64,000 nucleotides of DNA, taken from NCBI RefSeq assembly GCF_006345805.1, contig NC_043004.1:95976001-96040000 (forward strand), read 5' to 3'. Shown in pieces: positions 1 through 11,399 of this stretch. A program made the translations under genes and the position numbers. The DNA comes from Octopus sinensis. Taxonomy: Eukaryota. Positions within the stretch are counted from its first letter, which is position 1. Each line of letters opens with the position of its first letter. A model generated the notes under the pieces. That model did not search any database and was not told the DNA's origin. It saw only the letters and a list, made by a program, of their open reading frames with translations.

Positions 1-160
1 TAAGGTCAAACAACTGACAAGCAAATCTGTGGTATTGAGCAATATATTTGCTGTAGCCCTTCTAATATAACTAAGACAAAACAATGTATGTGATAACACT
101 TCCAGTCAGTAAAGATCAGAAGCCATGAGAGCCACTGCCTGGTACTGCATCAGAGCATCC
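1..160 (-). mobile_element. Interspersed repeat fragment (family also at 49270-49790)
   Basis: 1-60 is the reverse complement of about 49320-49380 (gggctacagcaaatat...accacagattt...gtttgac). Confidence 0.55.
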
Positions 161-214
161 TCCTCCTCCTCCTCCTCATCATCATCATCATCATCGTCAT
201 CATCATCATTATCA

Positions 215-500
215 TTATTCTGATGGCTATTTCTAACAGGACAAGTGACAATGTAGTGCCACAATCCAATGAAGAAACCTTTACATGGATACTCGAATTG
301 TTAGAAATAGCAGACAAATATCCTTCAAACTACATCTTACCATATTTTAAATATGACAAATTAGATAATGTAGTTCCAAGTTCCCTGCACTAAAGGAAAA
401 AAAAGAAATGAAAAAAAAAAAGTACAGAATGGACATGGCTAGAATGTCCTTGAGCATAGATCTCCTTGATCAGTGTTGACCTGGGGCTAAATAATAACAG
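215..500 (-). mobile_element. Degraded interspersed repeat (tagccccaggtcaac...gatcaa family)
   Basis: Similar blocks at 21220-21300, 29100-29350 and 55780-55850. Confidence 0.45.
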
Positions 501-799
501 CTACCTAGTGCCTCGAGGTAGATTATATTAAATTTGTTTTGTTTAGTCTGACTAACTAAAAACATGTGCTACTCTTAATTCACAGTTGAATGGTTACTGT
601 AAGGAAGGACATCTGGCTATAAAAATCAATTTGCTTCAGCAATATACAAATATTCCAATTTTCAAACTATATTATTATGGAAACCTTAATGTACAATAAT
701 GTCTCACAGTGTGTATGGACGTGTATTTTTCTATACGTATTATATTCTATACATACACTTTACACACCTATTACACTAGTATAAATCATAAATATATGT

Positions 800-1079
800 G
801 TGAGTATATGTATGTCATATTAACATGAGCCATGAATATAGATATCTGTATTTGTGATTATGTATGTATGTATGTATGTATGTATGTATGTATGTATGTA
901 TGTATGCATGTGTGTGTGTGTGTGTAAGTTTATGCACCTACATATACATACATATGTATATCCAAATATATACACATTTATATGCATATGTATATATAGA
1001 GAGAGGTGTAGGTAGAGATATAAGTATATGTATATGTATGTGTGTAAATGCATATGCATATATTTATACATACATATGT

Positions 1080-1145
<66 letters not shown>

Positions 1146-1177
1146 TATAAATAAATATATATGTCTATATATATATG

Positions 1178-1209
<32 letters not shown>

Positions 1210-1268
1210 TACATATATATAAATAAATATATATGTCTATACACACATACACATATATATATATATAT

Positions 1269-1320
<52 letters not shown>

Positions 1321-1480
1321 GGAAAGAAAGACAGAGTTAGATAGATATAGATATATAGATAAATAGATAGATCAATAAATAGATAGATAGGAAGATGATA
1401 GACTGATATACAGAGAGATACATAGAGATATGTGTGTGTATGAATATATACGCACACACACACATATGTATATGTATGTT
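800..1480. repeat. Compound microsatellite (TATG)n/(TA)n/(AG)n/(GATA)n
   Basis: Seen directly; explains ORF-track entries 820-1463. Confidence 0.95.
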
Positions 1481-1714
1481 TTATGAATATAAGTATACAC
1501 TAAAACATATATATCTTATACTTGTTTGGTGGTATAGAAACTTTAGAATCTGCTCAAGAACTTAAGTAATACTATTATGAATAAAATACCCGACTCTCAT
1601 CATAAGAGGAGTTGATAACAAGATCAACATTCCAGCCTCCTCACCCACAAACACCACTAAATACATCATCAGATTGTACTGTGGGTTCCCAGGTGCTGTG
1701 AACATCAACATTAA

Positions 1715-1867
1715 GTCACCAGACATACAAAAAAGTCTGCAGTCTTACAGACATTGCAAAACCATTTTAGGAGAGACAGAAATAAAAAAAAACACAACAA
1801 ACAAACAAGCAAAAGATACCTTAAAAATGGTAAAAAGTGGAAAAATAAAGGAAAGAAAATATCTGAG
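1715..1867 (+). other. Candidate exon (unverified)
   Basis: 51 open codons (VTRHTKKSAVLQTLQNHFRRDRNKKK...KKISE) ending at consensus donor GAG|GTAAGT; no strong acceptor and no recognisable homology. Confidence 0.2.
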
Positions 1868-2159
1868 GTAAGTATGTATGTGTTTATGTTTGCGGGTTAA
1901 TAACAATCATAGATAATTCCAGATACTGTAGAGTGGAAATTGTGTTGGGTTTAAACACATATGGAAAGTTATCCTGGAATTTGAACTACCTAATAAAGCG
2001 GAACACAGAATTGTGATTAAATTCCTCCATTCCACCTACCGATTATCTTCAAATTGCAAATATAAATTGATAGTTTGCTGTATTATAAATTACAGGTTTA
2101 ACACTTTTCACTTCGTTCAAAAGCAAATGCTGTTTTTCTGATGCAGACAGAAATATATA

Positions 2160-2182
2160 CACACGCACGTACACACAGACAC

Positions 2183-2231
<49 letters not shown>

Positions 2232-2564
2232 ACATGCATGCACTCACACATACACGTGCACACACACATACATTCATATACACACACATATAAAGAAATA
2301 CATATGTATATTTGTATAACATACACATGAATCTATGTATGTATGTATATATGTATGTATGTATGTATGCATGCATGTATGTATATATCTCTCTACCTAT
2401 ATATCTCTATACATACATACATACATATATACATCTGTATGCATACATATTTATGTATATATAAATTTATTCATGTGTGTGTATATATATATATATATAT
2501 GTGTGTGTATATAAATATATTTGTATGTATATATATATATCTATATATAAAGTAGATATATAAG

Positions 2565-2603
<39 letters not shown>

Positions 2604-3020
2604 ATACACATATATATATAAATGTATATATATATGTATAAGCATCTATCTTTATATATATCTATCTATCTGTCTCTCTATCAATCTATCTCGTTGTCTA
2701 TCTATCTATATGTATATTTATATGTATATATATATATATATATATACATAGGAATAAATGTATGAGTGTGTGTGTGGTCGCATATATTTATACACAAACA
2801 CACGTGTATGCACATATGTTTGAGTGTACTCATACAGATATATATGTATGTGTATGTCTATATAAGTAACATCATCATCATCATTGATTTACATATAATG
2901 ATGATATATATTTATTCATATACATACACACATACATACATATACACACATGCATATACACTTACATATATATTCGTGTTAAATATACATATGTATGAGT
3001 GTGAGTGAATGTATTATGCA
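2160..3020. repeat. Compound (CA)n/(TA)n/(TATG)n microsatellite
   Basis: Seen directly. Confidence 0.95.
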
Positions 3021-3267
3021 TATATAGATATTTGTACAAAAATCCAATTTCCTCCATTTTATAAAAAAATATACAGAAAAAATTCTTCACCCCAACACAT
3101 ATAATGAGGAGCTATTTCAAGTGTGGAATGGAAATTGCTTCTAGCTGCTGGCTCTGAGAGTTAGAACATTTCTTAAATTAAAATGCTGATATTAAAATGT
3201 GAATGGGTTGGTGAATATAAAAATAAAGTAAGACTAAGCAATAGTACGATAGTGAAGTACAGTAACT

Positions 3268-3419
3268 GATGATGATGATGATGATGACAACGACGATGAC
3301 GACGACGATGATGATGATGATGATGATGTTGGTGATGATGATGATGAGAATGTTGGTGAGGATGATAATGAATGTGATAATGGTGATGACGATGTTGAAT
3401 GTAATGATGATGATGAATG

Positions 3420-3455
<36 letters not shown>

Positions 3456-3625
3456 CAACGACGACGACGACGACGAGGATGATGTTGATGATGATGATGA
3501 TGAGAATGTTGGTGAGGATGATAATGAATGTGATGATGGCGATGACGATGTTGAATGTAATGATGATGATGAATGCGATGATGACGACGATGATGGTTAC
3601 AACAATGACGACGATGATGATGTGA
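3268..3625. repeat. Degenerate (GAT)n tract with an internal duplication of about 156-bp period
   Basis: gagaatgttggtgaggatgataatgaatgtgat... occurs twice (about 3345 and 3501). Confidence 0.9.
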
Positions 3626-3699
3626 TGGTTAGTAATAATTAAGAAGGTGTTAATAACAGGAAATTATACTTTAAGTCAGTTACAAAATTGATTTAAAAT

Positions 3700-4560
3700 A
3701 TTTGATATAAGCCCAGCAAAGTTCATTGACCCCAGTACTAAACTGGTATTTATTGTATTGGCCCCAGATGGACGAAAAGCAAGGTTGACCTTGGTGGAAT
3801 TTGAACCCACAATCTAAAAATGGACGAAATGCTGCAAAGCATTTTGCCCAGCATGCTAACCATTTGTCCTATTTTACTTGCCGCCTTACTCAGTTATAAC
3901 AGAGTTTTTTATTTTGACACGAGACCAGTAGGTTTCGGGGCAGGGTAAGTCTATTTCATCAACCCCAGTATACAGTTGGTATTTATTTTATTGACACTGA
4001 AAGAATGAGAGACAAAGATGACCTCAGCAGAATTTGAGCTCAGAGCACAAAGATAGATGAAATGCTGCTTTACCCAGTGTGCTAACAGCTCTGCCTCCTC
4101 ACTACCTTAGTCAGTTATAATATGTGCTTCAAATTTTGGCACAGGGACAACAATTTCAGGCATGGCCCCTGTACTCTACTGATACTTGTTTTATTGACTC
4201 TGAAAGGATGAAGGGCAAAGTTGACCTCAGCAGAATTTGAACTCAGAACTTAAAGATAAACAAAACACCACTAAGCATTTTGCCCAGCATGCTAATGATT
4301 CTACTAGTTCACTGGCATTTGTCAATCATAACATTAATAATCGTTTCTAACATTGACTGGGGATTTTGAATATGACGGGGAGCTGATTGACTTACATTGA
4401 CACCTGTACTTAAATCTTTCTGTATTTCATCAACTTTGGAAAGAATGAGAAACAAATTTGACCGTGAGATATGAACTTAGAACATAATAAACTGTAGGTA
4501 AATTCAGCAAAGTAATTTGCTTGCTACTCTGATGATATTGCTATCCATTATGCAATGAAA
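3700..4560 (-). mobile_element. About four head-to-tail degraded copies of SINE family B
   Basis: Repeated gaccccagtact...ggtatttatt...aaagttgacctcagcagaatttgaactc blocks. Confidence 0.8.
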
Positions 4561-4585
4561 GGTAGGTCTGGTCATATTACATATG

Positions 4586-4703
4586 GTTATGATGCATGTG
4601 CCTAGTGTACCCTTATCAGACAGGTAGTCATGATGGGTATACTGGGCTTCGTATATTTTACCCTAGTGTCACTTTGATGGCATGTACTGCTCTCTCACTC
4701 AAT
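4586..4703 (+). mobile_element. 3' end of repeat family F (ends ctctctcactca plus a trinucleotide tail)
   Basis: Matches 49680-49790 (+) and 6972-7086 (-). Confidence 0.7.
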
Positions 4704-4705
4704 CA

Positions 4706-4892
4706 TCATCATCATCATCATCATCATTTAGCGTCCGCTTTCCATGCTGGCATGGGTTGGATAGTGCAACTGTGGTCTGGGAAGCCAGAAGGCTGCACCA
4801 GGCCCAGTCTGATCTGGCAATGTTTCTATGGCTGGATGCCCTTCCTAATGCCAGGATGCCCTTCCTAACGCCATAAATGCCCTTCCTAATGC
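4706..4892 (-). mobile_element. RTE LINE 3' UTR fragment (family C)
   Basis: catcatcatttagcgtccgctttccatgctggcatgggttgga = reverse complement of the family C tail. Confidence 0.8.
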
Positions 4893-4893
4893 C

Positions 4894-4944
<51 letters not shown>

Positions 4945-4947
4945 TTG

Positions 4948-4990
<43 letters not shown>

Positions 4991-5040
4991 TAATAATAAT
5001 AATAATCATAATAATAATAATAACAACAACAAAAATAATA

Positions 5041-5776
5041 ATTGTAACAGCCCAAGATCAAGTGCTAAAAACAAATAACTTGAGAAAAACTATATATGGA
5101 GAGAATGTGTCAGAAAAATGTAGAGCCTGTGGAACTTGGAATGAGACAGTTGCACACATTGTGGCAGAATGCTTCAAGGTGGCAAAGGAAGAGTATATAA
5201 AATGGAGGCATGACCAATTGTAAAATTTTACGCTGGAAACTTTGCCAGCAAGGGGGATTTGAAGCTGGAAACACTTAGTTCAATCATCCAAGTCAAAAGA
5301 GTACTGGAATCAGTAAAATGTAAAATTTTGTGGGACTTTCATATTCAAATGGACAAAAAGTAATAAAATACACCAGACATAACAATTATAGATAAGGAAA
5401 CTGAATTGCTTACTAATTGAGCCATCATGCCCATCTGATTCCAGGATGAAAAAGAAAGAGGATACAAACAAAAGAAATACAATTCCTTCAAACTTAAAAT
5501 AGGAAGAATTTGGAGTATGAGAACTGTCAAGTTTATAATAATTGGTGTGCTGGGAACGGTAAGCAAAGATATTGACAAATGGCTGAAGGAAATTGGAATA
5601 AAACACCCTGTAGAGCTCCTACAGGAAGTTTGTCTCTTAGGGACAGCAAGGATTATCAGGAGTGTTCTAAGCACTTGAAAGACAGCTGAAAACTTGTGGA
5701 TACCTAAGGCTACAGGTAGTAACCTGCTACCCCCATAAATCCTACCAAGAATAAGACTGGATCTGAATCAAACCAA
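5041..5776 (+). mobile_element. 5'-truncated R4/Dong-clade (RLE) non-LTR retrotransposon, family 1, inserted in (TAA)n
   Basis: Frameshifted translation: TAQDQ..KCRACGTWNETVAHIVAEC..WRHD..KILWDFHIQMDK..TPDITIIDK..IIGVLGTVSK..LQEVCLLGTARIIRSVLST* (CCHC knuckle plus restriction-like endonuclease); (TAA)n on both sides. Confidence 0.85.
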
Positions 5777-5820
5777 ATAATAATAATAACACTAATAATA
5801 ATTATAATAATAATAATAAT

Positions 5821-6072
5821 AAGTGCAAAAGATTGTCTTAACTGGTACATCACACGTATTGAGAAGAGCATTGTCGATGTGAGAACTATTACTACCCATG
5901 TATTTTAATTTAACTTTATTTCTATCAAAAAAAAAAAAAAAATTAACGAACTAGTGAGTTTAGTTTAAGAGCCTACCAATGTATACTATGAGTTTCTTTG
6001 CCCTAGGAGTCGGGAAGACACTCGGCAAGAAATGGAAGCAACTTTGAAAGAAGAAGAAAAACCCATAAATGA
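5821..6072 (+). mobile_element. 3' end of R4/Dong-like family 2
   Basis: VQKIVLTGTSHVLRRALSM* plus 3' UTR; (TAA)n on both sides. Confidence 0.75.
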
Positions 6073-6082
6073 TAATAATAAC

Positions 6083-6136
<54 letters not shown>

Positions 6137-6423
6137 TTAAGTTCAAGGTAAGAAATTTGAGGAAAATATAGGTTGATAAACTCCACCCCAGTACTTTATT
6201 GGTACTTTATTTTATTGACCCAAGGAGCAAAGAAAAGCTGATTTCAATCCAATTTGAACACAGAGGATAAAAATACGTAACTAAAGACTGTAAGATGATT
6301 TCTATTATGCTGCGTGAACTTTGCCAATCCACCAATAATAATGATGATGATGATGATGATGATAATGGTGATGGTAGCAATGATGGTGATCATGGCAATG
6401 ATGATAACAACAAAATGATGATG

Positions 6424-6650
6424 GTGGTGGCAGAAACATTAGCACGCCGGGCGACATGCGTAGCCGTATTTCGTCTGGCGCTACGTTCTGAGCTCAAATT
6501 CCGCCGAGGTCGACTTTGCCTTTTATCCTTTCGGGATCGATAAATTAAGTACCAGTTATGCACTGGGGTCGATATAATCGACCTAATCCGTTTGTCTGTC
6601 CTTGTTTGTCCTCTCTGTGTTTAGCCCCCTTGTGGGCAGCAAAGAAATAA
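6424..6650 (+). mobile_element. SINE family B (tRNA-like head)
   Basis: ggcagaaacattagcacgccgggc...gagctcaaattccgccgagg...ttagccccttgtggg. Confidence 0.85.
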
Positions 6651-6764
6651 GTGGTGGTGGTGGTGGTGATGACACTGCTGCTGCCACTTAAATGAAAGCA
6701 GCTGCAGAAGAAGAGAAGGAAAAGAAGGAGAAAGTGAAGAAAGTGTGGTAGCTGTGATTATTAT

Positions 6765-6945
6765 TGCATGATGGACGAAATGCTTAGCAGTATTTTGTCT
6801 GTTGCTATGTGCTGAGTTCAAATTCTGTTGAGGTCAGCTGTGCTTTTCATTCTTTCAAGGTCGATAAATTAATTACCAGTGAAGCACTGGGGGCCAATAT
6901 AATCGACTATCCCCCTTCCCTAAATGTCAGACCTTGTGCCTATAA
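6765..6945 (+). mobile_element. SINE family B, degraded
   Basis: tgagttcaaattctgttgagg...gataaattaattaccagt. Confidence 0.75.
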
Positions 6946-6971
6946 TAGAACGTATAATTATCATCATTATT

Positions 6972-7085
6972 ATTATTATTATTGAGAGAGTGGCACATGC
7001 CATCAAAATGAAGCTGGGGTACAAATATATGAAGCCCAATGCACACATCTTGACAGCCTACGTGATAAGGGTGCATAAGGTACAC

Positions 7086-7086
<1 letters not shown>
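6972..7086 (-). mobile_element. Family F 3' fragment embedded in (TAA)n
   Basis: Reverse complement matches 4586-4703; (TTA)n on both sides. Confidence 0.7.
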
Positions 7087-7133
<47 letters not shown>

Positions 7134-7138
7134 CATTA

Positions 7139-7405
7139 TTTATGGGTTTTTCTTCTTTCAAATTTGCTTCCATTTCTTGCCAAGTGTCTTCCTGACTCCT
7201 AGGGCAAAGAAACTCATAGTATACATTGGTAGGCCATTAAACTAAACTCACTAGTTCGTTCATTTTTTTTTTTGATAGAAATAAGGTTAAATTAAAATAC
7301 ATGAGTAGTAATAGTTCTCACATCGACAATGCTCATCTCAATACATGTGATGTACCAGTTAAGACAATCTTTTGCACTTCTTGCAGGGATGGTAAGCCAG
7401 GGATC
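7139..7405 (-). mobile_element. 3' end of R4/Dong-like family 2 (inverted relative to 5821-6072)
   Basis: IPGLPSLQEVQKIVLTGTSHVL..., about 95% identical by eye to 5821-6072; (TAA)n on the element strand on both sides. Confidence 0.8.
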
Positions 7406-7418
7406 ATTATTATTATTA

Positions 7419-7453
<35 letters not shown>

Positions 7454-7967
7454 TTATTATTATTATTATCATCATCATTATTATTATTATTAATGCTATA
7501 TGAAACTTTTATAGAACTTCCATTGTACCTATTCAAAGACTGGAGAAGAACTACCATGTTTGTAGCAGTTGTTGACTGTTTTATAATTGACATTGTTAAA
7601 CCTGCTGTTGGCAACAATATTACTGAAAGAGGAATTCAAATAAAAATTTAAAAAATAATAAAATAAAAGGATAAATACTGAGAACTTAAGTTAGAGCTCT
7701 CATGATTGTGGAGATGGATAACAAGTGTGATATCATTAATAAATAGAACAGGATGTTCTATTCCTAACAAAAAAAAAAAAAGAAGGGGAAAAAATATCAT
7801 TCTGTTTCAGCATGAACCATTTTAAATAAAAACAAGCATCAATATTAGACCAAAATCAGCATTATTGGAACTGGCAATATTTGTAGAAAAGTACTTACTG
7901 TCTGAATTCTTGAGGCATGTAGAAAAGAAGCATCGTTATCCTACTTTCAGTTTTCAATTTCTTCAGA

Positions 7968-8001
<34 letters not shown>

Positions 8002-8036
8002 GTATATATATGTGTGTGTGTGTGTGTGTATAGATG

Positions 8037-8068
<32 letters not shown>

Positions 8069-8202
8069 ATGTAATATAATATAAAATGATATATGTTTAT
8101 ATATATAACAATATATATAAATATATATATATATATGTATATATATGTATGTAGATATATATATTATCTACACACACACACATACATGCATATATATATA
8201 TA

Positions 8203-8360
8203 CCGGAGTAAACACATACATGTGAAACAAGGTGGAAAAAAAGTGTGCTCAAATACCAGGGGTAGAGCAATATGTTTTATTTAAAACTGTCCGACGAACG
8301 GGGACGTGAAACTCAGAGTAACAGATTTTGTTGAATTTCTGCTGCTTTTAAATAAAATAT
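8203..8360 (+). mobile_element. Short HHR-bearing repeat (Penelope pLTR-like)
   Basis: Non-microsatellite island inside TA tracts, containing the HHR below and a 12-bp inverted repeat (8275-8286/8346-8357). Confidence 0.55.
8283..8329 (+). ncRNA. Minimal type I hammerhead ribozyme motif (U4C core variant)
   Basis: AAAACTGT-CCGACGA-ACG GGGA CGT-GAAAC-TC A GA-GTA-ACAG(A)TTTT: stems I, II and III all pair; cleavage triplet GUA. Confidence 0.75.
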
Positions 8361-8440
8361 ATATATGTGTGTGTGTGTGTATTCCCTTCCTGTTAGGAGA
8401 TATAGGCAATTACACACACATGTACACGCACAACAGTAAC

Positions 8441-8583
8441 TTCTGACCAAATTCAATCACAAGGCATTGGTTGGCCCAAGGCTATAACAGAAGACATTTA
8501 CCCAAGGTGCCATATAGTGGGACTGAACCCAAAGCCATGTCATTAGGAAACAAACTTCCTAACCACATACCTATGCCTGTGCC
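8441..8583 (-). mobile_element. SINE family A, 5' half
   Basis: cccaaggtgccatatagtgggactgaaccc = reverse complement of the head/core. Confidence 0.8.
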
Positions 8584-8607
8584 TATGTATATATATTTAT
8601 ATGTATG

Positions 8608-8668
<61 letters not shown>

Positions 8669-8796
8669 TATATGATGGCACTGCATTTAAATTGATGTAA
8701 TGATTGCATTGTTCAATTAAATGAAGCTGCTTGAAACGGTCGTACAGCATCACTACTTGATATCCTGTTGCTAATTTTGATGACATACACATGCAC

Positions 8797-8827
<31 letters not shown>

Positions 8828-8930
8828 TATATGTATGTATTTATATATATATATGCCAAGTGAAATATCGGAGATGGAATATGTAAAACCATTCATTTTA
8901 TTATCCATTATATAATATATATATATATAT

Positions 8931-9288
8931 ACTCTTTTACTCTTTTACTTGATTCAGTCATTTTGACTGCGGCCATGCTGGAGCACCGCCTTTAGTCGAG
9001 CAAATCGAACCTGGGACTTATTCTTTGTAAGCCCAGTACTTATTCTATCGGTCTCTTTTGCTGAACCGCTAAGTGACGGGGATGTAAACATACCAGCATC
9101 GGTTGTCAAGCAATGCTAGAGGGACAAACATATACACACACATACATATATACATATATATGACAGGCTTCTTTCAGTTTCCGTCAACCAAATCCACTCA
9201 CAAGGCTTTGGTCGGCCCGAGGCTATAGCAGAAGACACTTGCCCAAGATGCCACGCAAGCTACTTACCACACAGCCACTCCTGCGCCT
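8931..9288 (-). mobile_element. SINE family A (CORE-like, tRNA head) with internal B-box deletion
   Basis: Full tail to head, but ccacgca|agctactt lacks about 35 bp present in other copies. Confidence 0.9.
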
Positions 9289-9300
9289 ATTTTGATATAT

Positions 9301-9342
<42 letters not shown>

Positions 9343-9344
9343 TA

Positions 9345-9545
9345 GATACAGTTGAAATTTATAGAAAAACAAAAGATGAAGACAGGTGTATATACAACAA
9401 GCAGGTGTAATAGTTTGATGCTCAGGAAAGTGAGAATGTCTTTTATGTTTCTAGCCTATGCTCTTCAACAGAAAGGAAGAAAAAAAATAAACAGAGAGAG
9501 AATGAAAAAAAAACTTTAGATTTCAGCAGTCCAGCATGGCGATGG
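9345..9545 (-). mobile_element. Penelope pLTR-like repeat with a decayed HHR at 9440-9475
   Basis: Minus strand CTTT-CTGTTGA-AGAGC ATAG GCTA-GAAAC-ATA-AAAG. Confidence 0.55.
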
Positions 9546-9699
9546 ATGTGTGTATGTATGTGTATGCATGTCTAAATGTATGTTTGTGTGTGAACAAACA
9601 TTCATGTATGTGTGCATATGTGTCTATATATGTGCAAGTATATATGTTATGTGTACATATGCATGTAATAAAATGATGATTCTTTTTTTTTTTTGCACG

Positions 9700-9880
9700 A
9701 AGCCACCAATTTTGAGAGGAAGAGGCAAATCGATTTCATTAACCCCAGTATATGACTGGTACTTCTTTTTATTGGCCCTGAAATGACGAAAGGCCAAGTT
9801 AACCTTATCAGATTTGAACTAAGAACATCAAAAGTTGGAAGAAATACTGCTAAGTGTTTGGTCTGATGTGATGACAATTT
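9700..9880 (-). mobile_element. SINE family B, degraded
   Basis: aaccccagtatatgactggtac...gatttgaactaagaac. Confidence 0.7.
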
Positions 9881-9890
9881 TACTAGCTTA

Positions 9891-10160
9891 TTCCCGGCGA
9901 CGCGTTATGTCCTTGAGCAAGACACTTTATTTCACGTTGCTCCAGTTCACTCAGCTAGCAAAAATGAGTTGTACCTGTATTTCAAAGGGCCGGCCTTGTC
10001 ACACTCTGTGTCACGCTGAATCTCCCTGAGAACTACATTAAGGGTACACGTGTCTGTGGGTTGCTCAGTCACTTGCACGTTAATTCCACGAGCAAGCTGT
10101 ACCGTTGATTGTATCAGCTGGGACCCTCGTCGTCATAACCGACGGAGTGCTCCTACTGCC
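9891..10160 (+). mobile_element. SINE group D: core Y plus tail T1 (5'-truncated)
   Basis: gtccttgagcaagacactttat (CORE-like), then tgtacctgtatttcaaagggccggcc...gacggagtgc shared with 17730-17915. Confidence 0.85.
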
Positions 10161-10214
10161 ATCACTACTACTACAGCTAGTACTACTGCTACTGATGATG
10201 ATGATGGTAATAAC

Positions 10215-10420
10215 CCTTTCTACTATAGGTACAAGGCCCAAAATTTTTTGGAGGAAAGGACTAGTCGATTATATCACTAGTACTTAATTTATTGACCCAG
10301 AAATGATGAAAGGCAAAGTCGACTTTGGTAGAACTTGAACTCAAAATGTAAAGACAGACGAAATATCGGTTGGCATTTCACCCAGTGTGCTAACAATTCT
10401 GCTAGCTTGCTGCCTTGATG
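10215..10420 (-). mobile_element. SINE family B
   Basis: aaaggcaaagtcgactttggtagaacttgaactcaaaatgtaaagacagacgaaat. Confidence 0.75.
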
Positions 10421-10449
10421 ATGGTAGGTAATAATTAAAAAAATCCTTT

Positions 10450-11255
10450 TCAAAACTTATTGAACCATAACTACTAAACAAATATGATGCAAAATGAAGT
10501 AGATCCAAAGTGTTGATTCTGCAATGAGGATGTTGAAACAGTGGCCCACTTTGATCTCTGAATGTATAGTTTGAACACCCGTAGAGTATAGAACCAAGGC
10601 ATGACAGAGTTGACCAATATCTACATTGGTTAATATGTTGGTATGAAATCAAAACTGTTGACAGCGTTATAAACATCACTCTGAGGCTGTAAGTGACGGA
10701 GAAAATGTAACAATTCTTTGTGATTTTCCCACACATGCAGACATACTGGAAATTAAAAATAGAATAATGAAATTATTGTATACAGTGCTCAGGTGCACCA
10801 CAACTTGTCAGAAAGTGCGTATAAGGTGTATGCAGTAATGTACAAATGTCTGCAAAGTGAATAATGTATGAGTCAGATACAAGCTTGTGTGTGTATGGAG
10901 GGGAGAAAATCAGGTGTAGTGTTGGTGAATCTCAGAAAGCATGGAAGTTTTGAAGGATGTAGTGCTCCGACAACTAACAACTGATGCCGGCAGTTTGTTC
11001 CATGCTTCAGCAACTCTCAGCGTGAAAAAATGTTTCCTAAGGAGACCCAAATAAATTCTGTTGATTGATTGATATAAGCATCCCTTGTGATCATGATATT
11101 GCAGCAAAGGAATGTAGCAAGCTCAGAAAATATAAATATTTGCTCATCAAGATTGAAAAAACATATGGCACTCAAGGTAATCACACTGCCAGTGATTGTA
11201 GGAGTATTTGGAATGATAAGGAAAGGAACGGAAAATTATTTGAGAATGATCTCAT
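10450..11255 (+). mobile_element. R4/Dong-like RLE retrotransposon fragment interrupted by a CR1 piece
   Basis: DPKC*FCNEDVETVAH..RHDRVDQYLHWLIC..YKHH..GENVTILCDFPTH (10470-10760), resuming FC*LIDISIPCD..KECSKLRKY..LPVIVGVFGMIRKGTENYLRMI (11040-11255). Confidence 0.8.
10780..11040 (-). mobile_element. CR1/L2-like LINE 3' fragment
   Basis: RKHFFTLRVAEAWNKLPASVVSCRSTTSFK, the typical CR1-group C-terminus. Confidence 0.8.
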
Positions 11256-11258
11256 AAC

Positions 11259-11399
11259 TTAGCAGTTCAGCAAAAGAGATCGATAGAATAAGTACTAGGC
11301 TTCCAAAGAATAAGTCCTGGGGGCGATTTGCTTGACTAAAGGCAGTGCTCCAGCATGGCCACAGTCAAATGACTGAAACAAGTAAAAGAGTAAAAGAGT
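11259..11399 (+). mobile_element. SINE family A, 3' fragment
   Basis: ccagcatggccacagtcaaatgactgaaacaagtaaaagagtaaaagag. Confidence 0.85.

Noticed and set aside
3262-3640. Asp-rich open frame (DDDENVGEDDNECD..) resembling acidic biomineral proteins
   Set aside because: No start codon or splice support; degenerate GAT tracts are open in this frame by construction and recur elsewhere in the window
7520-7640. TGEELPC / YHVCSSC zinc-finger-like words on the + strand
   Set aside because: Too short and needs several frameshifts; cannot be told apart from chance
7850-7905. KISIIGTGNICRK, resembling a Rossmann GxGxxG motif
   Set aside because: Stops on both sides within 18 codons, purine-rich acceptor, third Gly absent
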